DNA from: an uncultured archaeon
Lineage (GTDB): Archaea; Asgardarchaeota; Thorarchaeia; Thorarchaeales; Thorarchaeaceae
Length of the DNA: 56,557 nt
Reading direction: 5' to 3'
Assembly (NCBI GenBank): GCA_964473825.1
Contig: CAYYQL010000017.1
Location: 1 to 56,557 of the forward strand
The position numbers and the translations under genes were made by a program. Shown piece after piece: positions 37,536-47,465 of the stretch. A model generated the notes under the pieces. It searched no databases. It had not been told where the DNA came from and saw nothing but the letters and a program-made list of their open reading frames with translations. The number at the start of each line of letters is the position of its first letter. Within the stretch, counting starts at the first letter, position 1.

Positions 37536-38465
37536 GTGAGTAAAGAATCGAGTCTACCCATGACCGTACGACCACATCCGGATTTGCTACAGGCAGGAAA
37601 GATTGCGTCCAAGGTGATATCTGAGATAGCCAAAGAGGCTAAGCCAGGCGTTAGCGTGCTCAGATTATGCCAGATGGCAGAAAGCAAGACCATCGAGTAT
37701 GGTGCAACAGGTCATGCCTTTCCCTGCAATATATCAACTAATGAAGAGGCGGCCCATTATACAAGCCCTGAAGGAGACCTACGGGTCTTGCCCGATAGGG
37801 GGCTCGTAAAGATTGACCTTGGAACCCATGTGAATGGTCATCTGTCTGACACAGCACTTACGGTAGATATGGACGGTTCTTATTCTGACTTTATCAGCGC
37901 GGTACAGAATGCGTTGATTGCTGCCATCGATTTAGTCAGACCTGGATCTAGATTGGGAACTATCGGAGCAGCTATCGAGACAGCTATAAGAAAAGAAGGC
38001 CTGAATCCTGTATACCAGCTCTCAGGTCATCAGATGAAACCATGGGTATTACATGCTGGAAAGAACATACCAAATGTGAGAACAACGGGATCTGAGAGAG
38101 TGCAGAAGGGAGAGATATACGCGATTGAACCATTTGCGACTGATGGAGTTGGTTCAATAAAGGTAGGAGAAGAGGTCTATATCTTCTCCAATGTTTCGAA
38201 GACGAAACGTAAACTCAATCGTCCGGACAGGCAGCTTTGCAGCACTCTGAGAAAACGATTCAGAAGCCTGCCTTTCGCGTCAAGATGGATCAGGATGAAT
38301 GATGATATACGTGCATCATTCCGAAGGCTGCTTCAGGCAGGAGTGATTCGAGGGTATCCGGTTCTGATTGAGGGGGAAAAGGGGATGGTTGCTCAATGGG
38401 AACACACTGTGTTCGTAGGAGAAGACAGGACCATGGTTACCACAAAGCAGGGAAATAGCCCATAG
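37536..38465 (+). CDS. map: Type II methionine aminopeptidase (paralogue 1)
   Basis: AFPCN, AAHYT, KIDLG.H..G..SDTA, GHQ, LHAG, AIEPF, EHT. Confidence 0.92.
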   Translation: MSKESSLPMTVRPHPDLLQAGKIASKVISEIAKEAKPGVSVLRLCQMAESKTIEYGATGHAFPCNISTNEEAAHYTSPEGDLRVLPDRGLVKIDLGTHVNGHLSDTALTVDMDGSYSDFISAVQNALIAAIDLVRPGSRLGTIGAAIETAIRKEGLNPVYQLSGHQMKPWVLHAGKNIPNVRTTGSERVQKGEIYAIEPFATDGVGSIKVGEEVYIFSNVSKTKRKLNRPDRQLCSTLRKRFRSLPFASRWIRMNDDIRASFRRLLQAGVIRGYPVLIEGEKGMVAQWEHTVFVGEDRTMVTTKQGNSP

Positions 38466-38520
38466 GCCAAGATGGAACCTCTTAAGAAGTCTGAATTGCA
38501 GAATCCAGTCTGGTGACTTC

Positions 38521-39420
38521 ATGCAGGATAAACCAAATCCACTGAGTGTGAAGGCTGGAAGGATTGCTGCAAGAGTACTGCAGGAAACTTGTGAAATGGT
38601 TGAACCAGGGAAGAAAGTGATAGCCATATGCAGTGAGGCAGAAAGGCGCATTATCAAACTGGGCGCGAAGCCTGCCTTTCCCTGCAACGTCTCGATAAAT
38701 CATATTGCTGCTCACTATACCGCCCCAAAGGGTGATAGAACGGTTATTCCAGAGTTTGGTCTTGTAAAGATCGATCTTGGGGCTCACATTGACGGACATA
38801 TTGCGGATACCGCGCGAACAGTAGATATTGACGGGTCTCTTGAGGGAATGGTAGCAGCGACCGATGATGCTTTACAAGAGGCAATCAAAGCCATTGAGGT
38901 GGGTATGAAGGTCAGCATGATAGGGCAGGTAATAGAGCGCGTAATTGATGCCTATGGGCTACGACCTGTGAAGGAGCTTACAGGACATAATCTGAAGCGA
39001 TTCAATCTTCATGCGGGGAAGAAGATTCCGAATATAAGGAATCGCGATTCAACAAGAATCGAACAGGGAGAATACTATGCAATAGAGCCCTTTGCTACCA
39101 GTGGAAGAAGTATAGATCAGAGCAAAAACATCTACATTTTCGCAAATACATCATCGGATAGACCAGTAGACAATGAGGTGGCTGAAAAACTTCGCCTGCA
39201 TCTAAGAAAGCGATATGGCCCGTTCCCTTTCGCATCAAGATGGGTGGGATCGACAGATGATAAGATTGACATCATGAGCGAGTTTCGGATTCTTCTGAAG
39301 AAGAGGGCTATCAAAGGGTACCCCGTTCTTGTCGAAAAAAAAGAACGTCCTGTAAGTCAGTCAGAGCATACCGTCTACATTTCAGAAGAGGGGGCAATCC
39401 CATTGACCAAACTAGATTAG
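38521..39420 (+). CDS. map: Type II methionine aminopeptidase (paralogue 2)
   Basis: Same complete motif set. Confidence 0.92.
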   Translation: MQDKPNPLSVKAGRIAARVLQETCEMVEPGKKVIAICSEAERRIIKLGAKPAFPCNVSINHIAAHYTAPKGDRTVIPEFGLVKIDLGAHIDGHIADTARTVDIDGSLEGMVAATDDALQEAIKAIEVGMKVSMIGQVIERVIDAYGLRPVKELTGHNLKRFNLHAGKKIPNIRNRDSTRIEQGEYYAIEPFATSGRSIDQSKNIYIFANTSSDRPVDNEVAEKLRLHLRKRYGPFPFASRWVGSTDDKIDIMSEFRILLKKRAIKGYPVLVEKKERPVSQSEHTVYISEEGAIPLTKLD

Positions 39421-39788
39421 ATGTTGATTTCTTCTTCTTTCTCTCTGACTATGTAGATGCCTTGAATGGTCATTGAACCCTCACATTTGGGGCAGGCGGC
39501 GTCAATAGGCTTAAGGATATAGTCGGTGTCTTCAAAATCACGGAGTTCCTTGAAATCGCAGTCCGAATTGTCACAGACAATCTCCGTCACTGTAGGTGGA
39601 GGTGGCTCGGGAACTTCAGGTTCCTTTCCACCGCTGATGAGTCCGAAACCAATTGACATCACGACCATTCCTATTAGGAACCAGATGAATGAATACGAGG
39701 GATCACTGTTCATCCCCCAGAAGAGAATCACAGCGCCTGCTCCAGTGATGATTAATCCGATTACTCTAGATATAATACCCATTTTCAA
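39417..39788 (-). CDS. 2-TM membrane protein with C-terminal Zn ribbon
   Basis: Two TM helices, CDNSDC..RDF...DYI...CPKC...I.GIY. Confidence 0.75.
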   Translation of the reverse strand: MKMGIISRVIGLIITGAGAVILFWGMNSDPSYSFIWFLIGMVVMSIGFGLISGGKEPEVPEPPPPTVTEIVCDNSDCDFKELRDFEDTDYILKPIDAACPKCEGSMTIQGIYIVREKEEEINI

Positions 39789-39792
39789 AACC

Positions 39793-40926
39793 TCATAGTC
39801 CTATCCCAATAGTGTTTCCTATCCCAGCCAGGATCACCCGATCGCCTTTCTTAGTTCGCTTCATTATCGCAGTCTTGATGCGTTCCAATGCCTCGGGAAT
39901 GGCATTCAGTAGCTCCTTCTGCATGATGCCCACTGCGGCCTTCTCGTCTTCCTTTACAACAAGAGCCTCAAGAGGAATGCTATTCTTCCTAGCTACTTCT
40001 TCTATTGCATACTTCTCAGGACCTGGATCTCCTATTGCAGCCCCTGTGCCCTCTGATACCCGGCCGAGTTCCTCACCTTCGAGTTTGAGTGCTGCGTCTA
40101 TTGTTATTATACGAGAGATATCACCATTGTTCTGCTTGACAAGATTTTCGATGGCCAAGCCTGGTTTTCCCACAGTACCTCCCGGTCCTGTTGCCCTGAC
40201 CGCAAAGAGAGTTCGTCCCTCAACATCGACAGGATAGTAACCGACTTCGCGTGCAAGACCATCAACATAACTCTCCTTCGCTGCACCGTACTGGCGTGCA
40301 AACTTTGTAACAATTAGTGGGCCTATACCGTCACCAATTGGCTTTCCAACCGAGAATGCCCCCATGGCCTGAAAGTATGCCTCTGCAATACGCAACAGCT
40401 CGGGAAGCTGCATCTGTATCTGCATAATCATTATTTGGCTCCCATACTTCTTGCCAAGAATATAGTAGTGCCGAACGACACGGAAGATGAGATTCATAAC
40501 CTGAGTCACCTCAAGTGTGTTCTCAAGATTCTGCCGCATTTTTCCATCGGCATCTGGAGCTAAATCACCAACAAACTCCTCGAAACGATCTCTTCTCTCA
40601 TCCAGAAGATGATCTAGTCGTTGAATGACCCCGGCCGGATCGAGATCGACCGGCATGATGGTGAAGTAGTCAAGCCAGCGGTCGAGATCACCAGCAACTT
40701 CATCTTCAGACCGCCCGAATCCTTTGAAGGTGTCAATTGCGGTCTGCCTAGATTCCAAGAACATCCGCTTTAGCTCTAGAAGGCCTGATTCAATCTGTTT
40801 GAGCCATTGCCACATCTGAATCTTCTGCCCATAGAGGCTGAAGAGCATGATGAAGGCAAAGAATGCAAGATTGATTATCCAACTGAATTCGTTGGGCTCT
40901 CCGCCGAACTGCATAGGTATCATCAC
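39793..40926 (-). CDS. DUF1512 family protein
   Basis: P.DLDP.G, PIGDGIGP, GPGGTVGKPG, IDAALKLEGE..G.V.EG.G.AIG..GPEK, GIGNTIGIG. Confidence 0.88.
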   Translation of the reverse strand: MMIPMQFGGEPNEFSWIINLAFFAFIMLFSLYGQKIQMWQWLKQIESGLLELKRMFLESRQTAIDTFKGFGRSEDEVAGDLDRWLDYFTIMPVDLDPAGVIQRLDHLLDERRDRFEEFVGDLAPDADGKMRQNLENTLEVTQVMNLIFRVVRHYYILGKKYGSQIMIMQIQMQLPELLRIAEAYFQAMGAFSVGKPIGDGIGPLIVTKFARQYGAAKESYVDGLAREVGYYPVDVEGRTLFAVRATGPGGTVGKPGLAIENLVKQNNGDISRIITIDAALKLEGEELGRVSEGTGAAIGDPGPEKYAIEEVARKNSIPLEALVVKEDEKAAVGIMQKELLNAIPEALERIKTAIMKRTKKGDRVILAGIGNTIGIGL

Positions 40927-41134
40927 GACCTCTGGTGTTTTCGCTTTAATCGTTTCTATCTAGGAGATGGGAATGCAAAAACAGTGGTCCTAGCAGACTA
41001 CCTAGATAGATCCCCAATGTGGATTCAGATATCCCTTGCACCAACGGGGGGAATATCTTTAGAGGAACGGGAAGCAAAACTCTTGTGTAGATGAGGCTCG
41101 CTTATCACATCACAAGAAGTAATTGATGAAAAGA

Positions 41135-41256
41135 ATGTGGCAGCTTGAAGGCTTGTCACGGGCTCGCGCACCGCACAGTTCCTTCAACGGCATCGGGCTT
41201 GACTTCCGGGTTCGGTAAGAGACCGGGTATTTCACCGACACCTGTGGCCGCCATCA
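41135..41256 (-). rRNA. rrf: 5S rRNA (solitary)
   Basis: TGGCGGCCACAG...ACCCGGTCTC..ACCGAACCCGGAAGTCAAGCC...GCTGCCA; ends approximate. Confidence 0.93.
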
Positions 41257-41319
41257 AGACACAAAAATTACGACGTCGGTTTTAAAGCTTGCCTTGTGTG
41301 AGTAGTCGCCTTTGAGGAA

Positions 41320-42162
41320 CTACCACATCTCAGTCTGCTCAAGCATCGGACGTCCGATTCTTTCAAAAGGAAGACAAAGTACACCTCTGATGTGTAGGAC
41401 TGTTAAGACAAGAAAGACAACTCCTCCAACTATCAGCGACAAAGCTAAGAATCGATCGAATACGGCCAAGAGAGGCGTTCCGACACTGGTGGCCACTTGA
41501 ATGGTTCGATAGTCAGCAACATAGGAGAGATTCTCTGTGCTGTTCAACGTTGCATTTTCTGGAGTGAGATCGTTGTAGTTCTTCTCAAGAAGTATCTCGA
41601 TTGTGCCATTCGAAACGCTCTTCTTTGAACCATCACCCAAAACGAATGTCAGGCGGTCAAACACTAATCGGCCACCGAAGTCGGGAATGATTCTCGATAT
41701 TGCATCACCGTCCATGAGAAAGCTCCTGTAGACCAGCGTTCCATCCTTAAGGGAATCAGTTATTGTGAACATCGGTTTATCTGGAAAGTGGTCAGTGAGA
41801 TAGCCCGCACTGTCATGCCACCAAGGGTAGAATGCAATGCCGTCTACCAGAATATCACTCAATACTGTTCGACCAAGGATGGTTCTTCCATAGTAGAATC
41901 CTAGATATGCACTCATATGGTGCTGGCTCACCGTGGGATGGTGATGCCGGTAGAAATAAGATATTGTGAACACAGCCCGAATCAGCAGGGCCTCTGTGCC
42001 GTCGTCTAGCTGAAATGAGGCACGGTAGCTGAACGAGTCTATCTCGAAAACAGCAGAGACTGGAGGGCCGCCATCATCTTGAGAACGAGCTATCGGCAGG
42101 CCTGCAATTGGCAGGATAAGAAGCATTCCAATCAGTGCCAACTTACGGTTGTGACTCATCAA
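41320..42162 (-). CDS. Secreted or surface protein with signal peptide and C-terminal TM anchor
   Basis: N-terminal RK plus hydrophobic stretch; C-terminal TM; no family motif. Confidence 0.7.
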   Translation of the reverse strand: MMSHNRKLALIGMLLILPIAGLPIARSQDDGGPPVSAVFEIDSFSYRASFQLDDGTEALLIRAVFTISYFYRHHHPTVSQHHMSAYLGFYYGRTILGRTVLSDILVDGIAFYPWWHDSAGYLTDHFPDKPMFTITDSLKDGTLVYRSFLMDGDAISRIIPDFGGRLVFDRLTFVLGDGSKKSVSNGTIEILLEKNYNDLTPENATLNSTENLSYVADYRTIQVATSVGTPLLAVFDRFLALSLIVGGVVFLVLTVLHIRGVLCLPFERIGRPMLEQTEMW

Positions 42163-42253
42163 GATTTTGCCTCCAGTGTATAGCTATTGGATACTGGATA
42201 AAAGGCACTTTCCGTTTGAGCAAATTTGCATACAGGAAACAAGCTGATAGAAT

Positions 42254-42419
42254 TGGTGGGGCGGATGGGATTCGAACCCACGATCGACGAGTTTCGCCAG
42301 GCGACAGCATTCATTGACCCTATTAGTTCTTGGCTCTAAATGAGCCGAGATCTGGAGCCCGTCGCCATACCGTTGCAGACCACGTTGAAACTCAACGCGA
42401 TTGACTAGGCCACCGCCCC
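42254..42419 (-). tRNA. tRNA-Trp(CCA) with two introns (D-loop, 30 nt; 37/38, 59 nt)
   Basis: Removing 42373-42402 and 42293-42351 gives a 77-nt cloverleaf with CCA anticodon and encoded CCA end. Confidence 0.9.
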
Positions 42420-42581
42420 GAGCATGGTAGCAGGTACCATTGAAATGCGAACAGGCCAGCGGATGATATGAAGGTTTCTGTGCATCGAGGATTAGTTGGT
42501 CTCAGATGCTATCGAGTCGTGTGTGAAAGCGTCAAGGCGTGAGGGTAATAAGCAATAGAATATGTAGAAGGGGCTAGGATT

Positions 42582-43259
42582 ATGAAAGACTATCACCGTA
42601 GTGCAGGTATGGATGAGGCTGGCCGAGGACCAATGCTGGGCCCGATGGTAGTCTGTGGCGTGGTCTTTGACCCAGAAGGATGTCGTCAACTTGACAATAG
42701 CAATGTCAGAGATTCGAAGATGGTGACTCCTCGACAGAGGCTGGAGCTTTATGACAAGATACAAGAAACAGCGCGAGGTATTGCCATCCGGAGCATTCCT
42801 GCAGGAGAGATAGATAGGAAGAGAAAGAGGGGAATTTCACTTAATCACATAGAAGCAGTAGCCTTTGGGGCTATCTTAAGAGAGTTAGAGCCTGAAGTGG
42901 CGTACATGGATGCAGCCGATGTGAATTCTTGGCGCTTTGGCGAAACTGTGTTCCGATTATCAGGTCTCAGACCGGGGCAGTGCAAGGTCGTTTCTGAGCA
43001 TAAGGCAGATGAAAGGTACAAAGTAGTAGCGGCTGCTTCAATCATTGCAAAGGTGATTCGTGATAGGTTCATCAAGAGTCTACAAACTGATTTTGGTGAC
43101 ATTGGTTCTGGATACCCAGGAGACCCAAAGTCTATCCGTTTCGTGCGAGAGTGTGTAAAGTCGAGGAGGATCCCCCCATTTGTGAGACAGAGTTGGGAGT
43201 CAGTTAGAGTGATTATAGAGGAGTTCGGTGGCAGGCAATTGAAACTTGACGAGGTTTGA
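42582..43259 (+). CDS. rnhB: Ribonuclease HII
   Basis: GMDEAGRGP..GPMVV, DSK, EHKAD, AASIIAKV.RD, GSGYPGDP. Confidence 0.96.
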   Translation: MKDYHRSAGMDEAGRGPMLGPMVVCGVVFDPEGCRQLDNSNVRDSKMVTPRQRLELYDKIQETARGIAIRSIPAGEIDRKRKRGISLNHIEAVAFGAILRELEPEVAYMDAADVNSWRFGETVFRLSGLRPGQCKVVSEHKADERYKVVAAASIIAKVIRDRFIKSLQTDFGDIGSGYPGDPKSIRFVRECVKSRRIPPFVRQSWESVRVIIEEFGGRQLKLDEV

Positions 43260-43261
43260 TT

Positions 43262-44221
43262 CTAAGTGGAACGCTCCGATATTATTCTCTTCAGCTCGGT
43301 CGGTTTCTCGATTTCGTCTAGCTCTAGCTGACGTATAACAGCTAAATCAGAAACATTCTCGTCTGCTTCGCCTTCTTCCACTATTATTACTGCATTCGCT
43401 TCCGAAACGTCGGATACGCTCTTTATGATTTCCATCCGTTTATTCAGCGCCCATGATTTCAGTGATCCAACCCCCGACATCAGCGGAGGGCCGTCTTCCT
43501 TTGCAGCGACTTGGAATGGGGCGCGGTCTGTCCACAAAACATTCATGCCAAGACGCTCAAAGAATTCATTGACCCTGAATTCCAGATTCGAGATAGTGTC
43601 ACGGTTTCGTTGTTGCGTAAGTGGTTTCTGAACATGAGGTTTCGACAGCACATCTACGGGAATGACTAGATTAGTTTCGAGTACTTCCTCCAGACGTTCT
43701 GCAACCTCGGCACTAACATCCATCTCGTCCTTCTCATATGCAAGAATGGCACGAGCGGAAACCTGTACACAGTCAGCAAGCTCCTTCTTGGTGAAACGCC
43801 GAGATAGCCGAATCTCTTTCAGGATTGCTCCGTCAATAGCCACGAAACGTCCCCCCCGCTGTATGAACTCACGGGGGAGGTCGTTCTCCCGAATGACGCA
43901 ATTGAGGCTAGGTGGTGCAATCGTAGATACCCCATAACGCTTGTAGACGACTCCCTCTTCCAAATCGCCCCTTCGATTTTTTAGACCAACTATCAGGGGA
44001 GTAGCGTTGAAGAACTGTGCCACGAGCTGGAGTGCAATAGCGTCTTCCTTTGTGAGTGCATCGATATTGGAGAGGATTTTAATCAGAATGAGTCTATGGC
44101 TTCTCCTTGCTACTAAATCAAAACAACTAGGCCTCATATCACACTTAGATGACAGACTAAACCCGGTGGCCTCTAACTGAGAGATGACCTCTTCAATCAG
44201 TTTCTGTCTAGCCTTTGTCAT
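43262..44221 (-). CDS. Archaeal HTH transcriptional regulator (COG1395-like)
   Basis: SCFDLVAR, KILSNID, LEEGVVY.RYG, RGG.FV.IDG, Cro-type HTH. Confidence 0.88.
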   Translation of the reverse strand: MTKARQKLIEEVISQLEATGFSLSSKCDMRPSCFDLVARRSHRLILIKILSNIDALTKEDAIALQLVAQFFNATPLIVGLKNRRGDLEEGVVYKRYGVSTIAPPSLNCVIRENDLPREFIQRGGRFVAIDGAILKEIRLSRRFTKKELADCVQVSARAILAYEKDEMDVSAEVAERLEEVLETNLVIPVDVLSKPHVQKPLTQQRNRDTISNLEFRVNEFFERLGMNVLWTDRAPFQVAAKEDGPPLMSGVGSLKSWALNKRMEIIKSVSDVSEANAVIIVEEGEADENVSDLAVIRQLELDEIEKPTELKRIISERST

Positions 44222-44550
44222 CCTTTCACGTTCCCGTGGAGAGTTAGGATATAATCCTTTTCAGGATTGCTGATTGTGAAAAGATTACCTCTTAGCCTTC
44301 CGGATGCAAACCATGACGATGCGTATAATTGTAGATCGAATTTCGAGGTCTGAACCAAGAGGGTGGCAAGACACTACATTTCTACAGCTCGAGGGAATTG
44401 CTCTATCCTTGATTGATATTTACCAGTAGTTGATAATCATAAGTCGCCCCTTTTTGCCGCTTGTCATGCAGCAGACGATTGGAAGAAAAGTGTAGAGGGG
44501 TCCCAGATGGTAATTGCTTGCATACTCAAGCAGAGTTTCTGGGAGCTATC

Positions 44551-45246
44551 TCAGACAGCTGTTTCTGTGACACGCACCAGTGCGAAAAGATGGTCCTTCT
44601 CGAACGGTTCGAGATTCACTTTCTCGACCAAGCCAAGCCCAGATTTCTCAATCTCTGACAACTCTTTGTTAAAGGCCTGATTTATGGGAACTGATGAGTC
44701 GATGCTTCTTGCTTTGATTGCAATCATCCCCCAGGCACCAAAGCTGCAGAACTGTCGGATGTTGTCTGTAAAGATAGTTGCCTGATTAGGCTGGGCTATG
44801 TCTTGATAGACAATATCGATTGGTTCGGTGATAAAGGGAGAGTACTGTATTGGGTGTCTAGCATCATTCACAAGAGGTACGATATTGGAACGTGACTGGG
44901 AAAGACTTAGCAAGTTGCGAGCCACCTTTGGAGAGAACTCAACTGCGTAGATAATGCCCTGCTCTCCAATTATGTCAGAAACATGACTCACCGTCGTCCC
45001 AGAAGCTGCCCCAAGGTACAGAACCTTGGAGCCTTGTTGTATAGGCATCTCTCTAAGACCATTTCGAATAGCTGCGGATAGCTTGGATCTTCTAGAAGAC
45101 CATAAGCGATATTCTACGCCATCTACATCCAAGACCTTTTCCCCATAGACGCTGCCGCCACCAGTCAAGGAACGTGTAGCCAGTGATGTCTTGCCTCTCT
45201 CTTCGATCATATAGACGCCCGGAAACTTGAATTTGGTTGCCTTCAT
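44551..45246 (-). CDS. flpA: Fibrillarin-like rRNA/tRNA 2'-O-methyltransferase
   Basis: VYGE, EYR.W...RSKL, VLYLGAASGTTVSHVSD, DIAQPNQ, IKARSID; true ATG at 45246. Confidence 0.96.
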   Translation of the reverse strand: MKATKFKFPGVYMIEERGKTSLATRSLTGGGSVYGEKVLDVDGVEYRLWSSRRSKLSAAIRNGLREMPIQQGSKVLYLGAASGTTVSHVSDIIGEQGIIYAVEFSPKVARNLLSLSQSRSNIVPLVNDARHPIQYSPFITEPIDIVYQDIAQPNQATIFTDNIRQFCSFGAWGMIAIKARSIDSSVPINQAFNKELSEIEKSGLGLVEKVNLEPFEKDHLFALVRVTETAV

Positions 45247-45247
45247 T

Positions 45248-46474
45248 CTAACGCCGTCCCTTCTTGTGTGATCTTCTTCTTGGTTCTTTCCTTGATGAGT
45301 CCCTTTGTCTTGTCTTGGGTGGTTCCTGCGGAGGGTCAGGATTCTGACGCCTAATCTCCTCCAAACGATTTTCGAATTCATCTCTTAGACTCTCCCCAAT
45401 ACTCTTGTCAGAATACGCATCTACTTTGGCAGCTATTGCCAGCTTACCCGCTAATGCCCGGGCAATCTTGCCTCTCTGCCAGTACGGTGCAGTGTTGACA
45501 GAGGAGGCTTGAAAGATAATACCATGCTTCGGCGGGTCAGTTCCTGTTCTCAGACTTCGAAACAGAGCCTTTTCTGCACCATAGACTTGTACAGTGCTTG
45601 AGGGTTTACGGGCAAGTGTTTCCAATGAACCTGCGAGACTGATCAGTCGAGCACCAATCAAGGGGCCAACAAGAGCAGAGATATTTGGGGCAATCTCTGA
45701 CATCAACTTTGTCACATGTTTCTCGAGCTCAGAACGTGTAGACATCAGGGAAGCGATACTTTCTGCGACCGCCTTGATTGCCTCAGCATCATCAGCAGGC
45801 ATAGTCGTTCGAAGACTCTGAAGAATAGAATCATCCATTCCATGGAGTTTCGACTGATCTACACCATATTTACCGAGTGAGTCTTTATCAAGTGTGCCTT
45901 CGCTCATCTCGAGTACTATTCGGGCAAATACCTCGTATTCATCAACAATCGTGGGGAGTAGAGGGTCGTAGGTCGAGTACCAATCACTGAGACGCATTGC
46001 CAATAGATTGATTGATTTGTCAAATTCGTCGATAGCATCAATGGTATTTTTGATGGCCAAGTCCCTTTCCGAGGTGGCCGCAATGATTCGGAGTCGAGCT
46101 ATGTTCATGGCGACTTCCCGCTTAAACTCTCTGAATGCCAATCGGGATTCAACCTGTTTCTGCTCTAGAAGAGCAGAGTCATGTATGCTTGTTCTAAACC
46201 AACTAATCGGATCTGATGTCGGATTGACAGAAACCTCTATGTCAGTGTTTGATCGGATAATCCTGCCCAGTTCTGGGCTTTCAACAACAATGGCAGAAAG
46301 ACCAGCCTTCTTCAGAATAGATGATAGTTCACTGGGCATATCTTCACCCTCGTTATCATGTAAGAACTCGGCAGCCCTCCCTGAATCTGGGTAGAATAGA
46401 GTACGGTCTAGGATTTTGCTCTCTTCGTCTATAAGGAACAGCCCGAATACAGTATTCGCAAGGTATGTGGCCAA
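45248..46474 (-). CDS. nop5: C/D box RNP protein Nop5 (Nop56/58)
   Basis: APN...L.G...GARLI, STVQV.GAEKALF, PKHG.IF, RGKIAR.LA.K; TTG start. Confidence 0.96.
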   Translation of the reverse strand: MATYLANTVFGLFLIDEESKILDRTLFYPDSGRAAEFLHDNEGEDMPSELSSILKKAGLSAIVVESPELGRIIRSNTDIEVSVNPTSDPISWFRTSIHDSALLEQKQVESRLAFREFKREVAMNIARLRIIAATSERDLAIKNTIDAIDEFDKSINLLAMRLSDWYSTYDPLLPTIVDEYEVFARIVLEMSEGTLDKDSLGKYGVDQSKLHGMDDSILQSLRTTMPADDAEAIKAVAESIASLMSTRSELEKHVTKLMSEIAPNISALVGPLIGARLISLAGSLETLARKPSSTVQVYGAEKALFRSLRTGTDPPKHGIIFQASSVNTAPYWQRGKIARALAGKLAIAAKVDAYSDKSIGESLRDEFENRLEEIRRQNPDPPQEPPKTRQRDSSRKEPRRRSHKKGRR

Positions 46475-46595
46475 TCTTCGCTCACTCCATCAAGGTAGAA
46501 TAATGACTTAGCGGATAAGTTTGACTGTACTTCCCCCTTGGACAGGCCCGTTTCGCTTATTACATTCGCGTTGCTCTACGCAAACAGGTGTATAC

Positions 46596-47465
46596 TTGAA
46601 GATACGAGGTTATTGGCTGGCATCTGGTGTTCTAGGCGTCACAGCATCAATTATGAAACGTGTTCATCGCGCCGGTGCAGATGTCGTGGTCACCAAATCC
46701 GTAGGAATCAAACCACGAGAAGGACACCCAGGGCCAGTGATAACTGCATCACATGGTGGCCTTCTCAATGCGGTTGGTCTCACAAACCCTGGTATAGATG
46801 AGTTTCTGAAAGAGATAGAAACTGCACAAAGGGGCGGTGTTCCTGTTGTAGTAAGTGTTTTCGGGAGTACTCCTGAGGACATCATGTCTGTAGCAAAGAC
46901 TGCTGCATCTGTGAAGCCTTCTGCTCTCGAACTGAACCTTTCCTGCCCCCATGCCGAATTCAGTCAAGTGGGCCATAGTCCAGACATGACGAGAGAATAC
47001 GTTCGTGCGGTCAAGAGGGAAGTCGGATGTATGGTCCTCGCGAAACTTACGCCAAATGCATCAGATGTAGTGTCTGTTGCAAAAGCAGCAGAAGAAGGAG
47101 GAGCTGATGCGATAGTTGCTGTGAATACACTGCGGGGAATGCGAATCGATATCCAGCAAAGACGACCAATATTGGGGAATAGAGTCGGGGGTCTGTCGGG
47201 GCCTCCCATCTTTCCTGTAGCAGTACGGTGTGTGTATGAACTATGTGATGAGATTGCCATCCCGATAATCGGAGTAGGAGGAGTGAGTTCGTGGGAAGAT
47301 GCCGTAGAGATGTACTTGGCCGGCGCAAGTGCGATTCAAATAGGTACAGCAGTGCTAGAGGGATTGAGCATATTTGACCGAATACAGAGGGGCGTGACGG
47401 TTTATCTCGAGAACCATGGCTTCTCGGATGTAGAAGAGATTATTGGGGTGGCGAAACGTAGTTGA
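46596..47465 (+). CDS. pyrD: Dihydroorotate dehydrogenase 1B catalytic subunit
   Basis: LASG, VTKS, NAVGL.NPG, ELNLSCPH, KLTPN, GGLSG; start inferred at TTG 46596. Confidence 0.95.
   Translation: MKIRGYWLASGVLGVTASIMKRVHRAGADVVVTKSVGIKPREGHPGPVITASHGGLLNAVGLTNPGIDEFLKEIETAQRGGVPVVVSVFGSTPEDIMSVAKTAASVKPSALELNLSCPHAEFSQVGHSPDMTREYVRAVKREVGCMVLAKLTPNASDVVSVAKAAEEGGADAIVAVNTLRGMRIDIQQRRPILGNRVGGLSGPPIFPVAVRCVYELCDEIAIPIIGVGGVSSWEDAVEMYLAGASAIQIGTAVLEGLSIFDRIQRGVTVYLENHGFSDVEEIIGVAKRS

Noticed and set aside
44313-44353. ATGACGA...CTGA as a C/D box sRNA
   Set aside because: Too short for a two-guide sRNA and only about 7 nt of rRNA complementarity.
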